From a bacterium (GTDB lineage: Bacteria > Electryoneota > Electryoneia > Electryoneales > Electryoneaceae): DNA of 64,000 nt. A program made the position numbers and the translations under genes. Shown in pieces: positions 62,828 to 64,000 of the stretch (position 1 is the first letter of the stretch; each line of letters opens with the position of its first letter). The notes below the pieces were generated by a model that was not told the DNA's origin, did no database searches, and worked only from the letters and a program-made list of their open reading frames with translations. The stretch lies in the NCBI GenBank assembly GCA_963669175.1, contig OY769902.1:800001-864000 (forward strand), read 5' to 3'.

Positions 62828-63595
62828 CTAATTGTTTTTCGCCGGTGGATTCGCCCAGTTTTCCGGTGGTTCGGTGGCGAATTTCGGGGTCCAGTGCGGC
62901 GCTTTGTTCAGCCATTTGCAGACAATGATATACACGGTCTGGAAGATCAGCGTCCAGTCGTAGATAAAGCTCATGTTCCGGACATAGTGCATATCGGCCA
63001 GCAGTTTGGGACGCAACAGGTAACGCACGTAATACTCTTCCGGGTTCATATCGTCGGGCGGTTCGAGATGCTCATGGAACACGTAATACAGCAGGTTCCC
63101 GGTGCAGGTCAGGCCGGGACGCGCATCGAACAGTTCACGATATTCATCGGTGTAGTGATCTTCCACGATATTCACCGATTCTGGACGCGGACCAACGACT
63201 GACATATCGCCACGGATAATGTTCCACAGTTGTGGGAGTTCATCAATCTTGGTAGCGCGAAGCAGTTTGCCGATGGGAGTGATGCGTGAATCATGCCCTG
63301 CGGTAATGGTGGCGTGTTTATCGGCATCGACCACCATGGTGCGGAATTTTAAAGTATCGAATATTTCACCGTGTGTGCCGATACGTGGGGCGTGATACAA
63401 TACCGGCCCTTTCGAGGTTAGTTTGATTGCGATAACAGCCACTCCCATAACCGGGCTCAGCACGACCAACGCCAGACCGGCGAGACATGTGTCCATGACA
63501 CGCTTGACCGGTGCGTAATAACGTCCGCGCAAAAGCAACAGGGCGCCTACCAGACCCCCAGCGCCAGCCCACCACCCCCAAGAACTTCTTTTCAT
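62828..63595 (-). CDS. Bacterial sugar transferase (phosphoglycosyl transferase)
   Basis: KRVMD, LKFRTM, DSRITPIGKLLRATKIDELPQLWNIIRGDMSVVGPRPE. Confidence 0.93.
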   Translation of the reverse strand: MKRSSWGWWAGAGGLVGALLLLRGRYYAPVKRVMDTCLAGLALVVLSPVMGVAVIAIKLTSKGPVLYHAPRIGTHGEIFDTLKFRTMVVDADKHATITAGHDSRITPIGKLLRATKIDELPQLWNIIRGDMSVVGPRPESVNIVEDHYTDEYRELFDARPGLTCTGNLLYYVFHEHLEPPDDMNPEEYYVRYLLRPKLLADMHYVRNMSFIYDWTLIFQTVYIIVCKWLNKAPHWTPKFATEPPENWANPPAKNN

Positions 63596-64000
63596 GGTTT
63601 TGCCTTCTGCTTTCGTGCCTCTTTAACCTTATCCGCCAGGTTCAATACCGCGCTGACGTAATCTTCGCTGTGATTGTAATGCCACACCGCCTTGCGACGC
63701 TTCTTCTCGTTGTCTACACGGTAGCCATGCAGACTCAGGTAATTTGCAATCGAGGCAATAGCATCTTCAAGATGGTAAAGATTGGTTGTGGCATCAGCAT
63801 TTCCGTCACGAGCATAGGTCTGAAATGAAGATGGCAGGAACTGCGCCAGGCCAAACGCGCCCGCCCAGCTCCCGCGTACTTCCAACGGGTCCATCTTTCC
63901 CTGTGATGACATTTCGATCAGGATTTTCAATTCCTTGTACGCCCAATCAGCCTTGCGTTTTTTACGACGGTTTACCTTACGAACAGTCTCGACTTTTTCC
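63592..64000 (-). CDS. Lytic murein transglycosylase, MltB family (3' part)
   Basis: GSWAGAFGLAQFLPSSF, DAIASIANYL, YNHS..Y; 5' end outside the window. Confidence 0.88.
   Translation of the reverse strand, partial: EKVETVRKVNRRKKRKADWAYKELKILIEMSSQGKMDPLEVRGSWAGAFGLAQFLPSSFQTYARDGNADATTNLYHLEDAIASIANYLSLHGYRVDNEKKRRKAVWHYNHSEDYVSAVLNLADKVKEARKQKAKP

Overview
Bacterial chromosomal window. Two proteins carry FlgD-Ig/Por-type 'AYPNPFNP' C-terminal sorting domains, which suggests an FCB-group organism (inference). Housekeeping genes are pepT-like, mtaB, rpsA, ecfT, tadA, tRNA-Met(CAT), tRNA-Glu(CTC), pirin, a sugar transferase and a partial MltB. They are interleaved with: (i) a signalling block with a sigma54 activator/kinase pair divergent from a sigma54-promoter operon encoding an outer-membrane beta-barrel, a single-domain periplasmic binding protein, a chemoreceptor and a hybrid kinase; (ii) a 2514-aa secreted beta-helix/FN3-like repeat protein in which alternate repeats carry an inserted loop ending in ELD(E/D); (iii) a GNAT-cysC-kinase-regulator-DASS-CBS operon with a second sigma54 pair; (iv) an IS110-family (IS1111-type) element whose empty target, AG core, junction promoter and candidate guide segments are all visible in the window; (v) a three-level nest of non-coding MITEs plus other repeat families, including strand-polarised CAGGAT tracts at gene 3' ends; and (vi) a type I R-M locus next to a 7.2-kb minimalist integrative element in tRNA-Glu. 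No CRISPR array or rRNA was seen. All calls come from reading motifs by eye; no database search was run.
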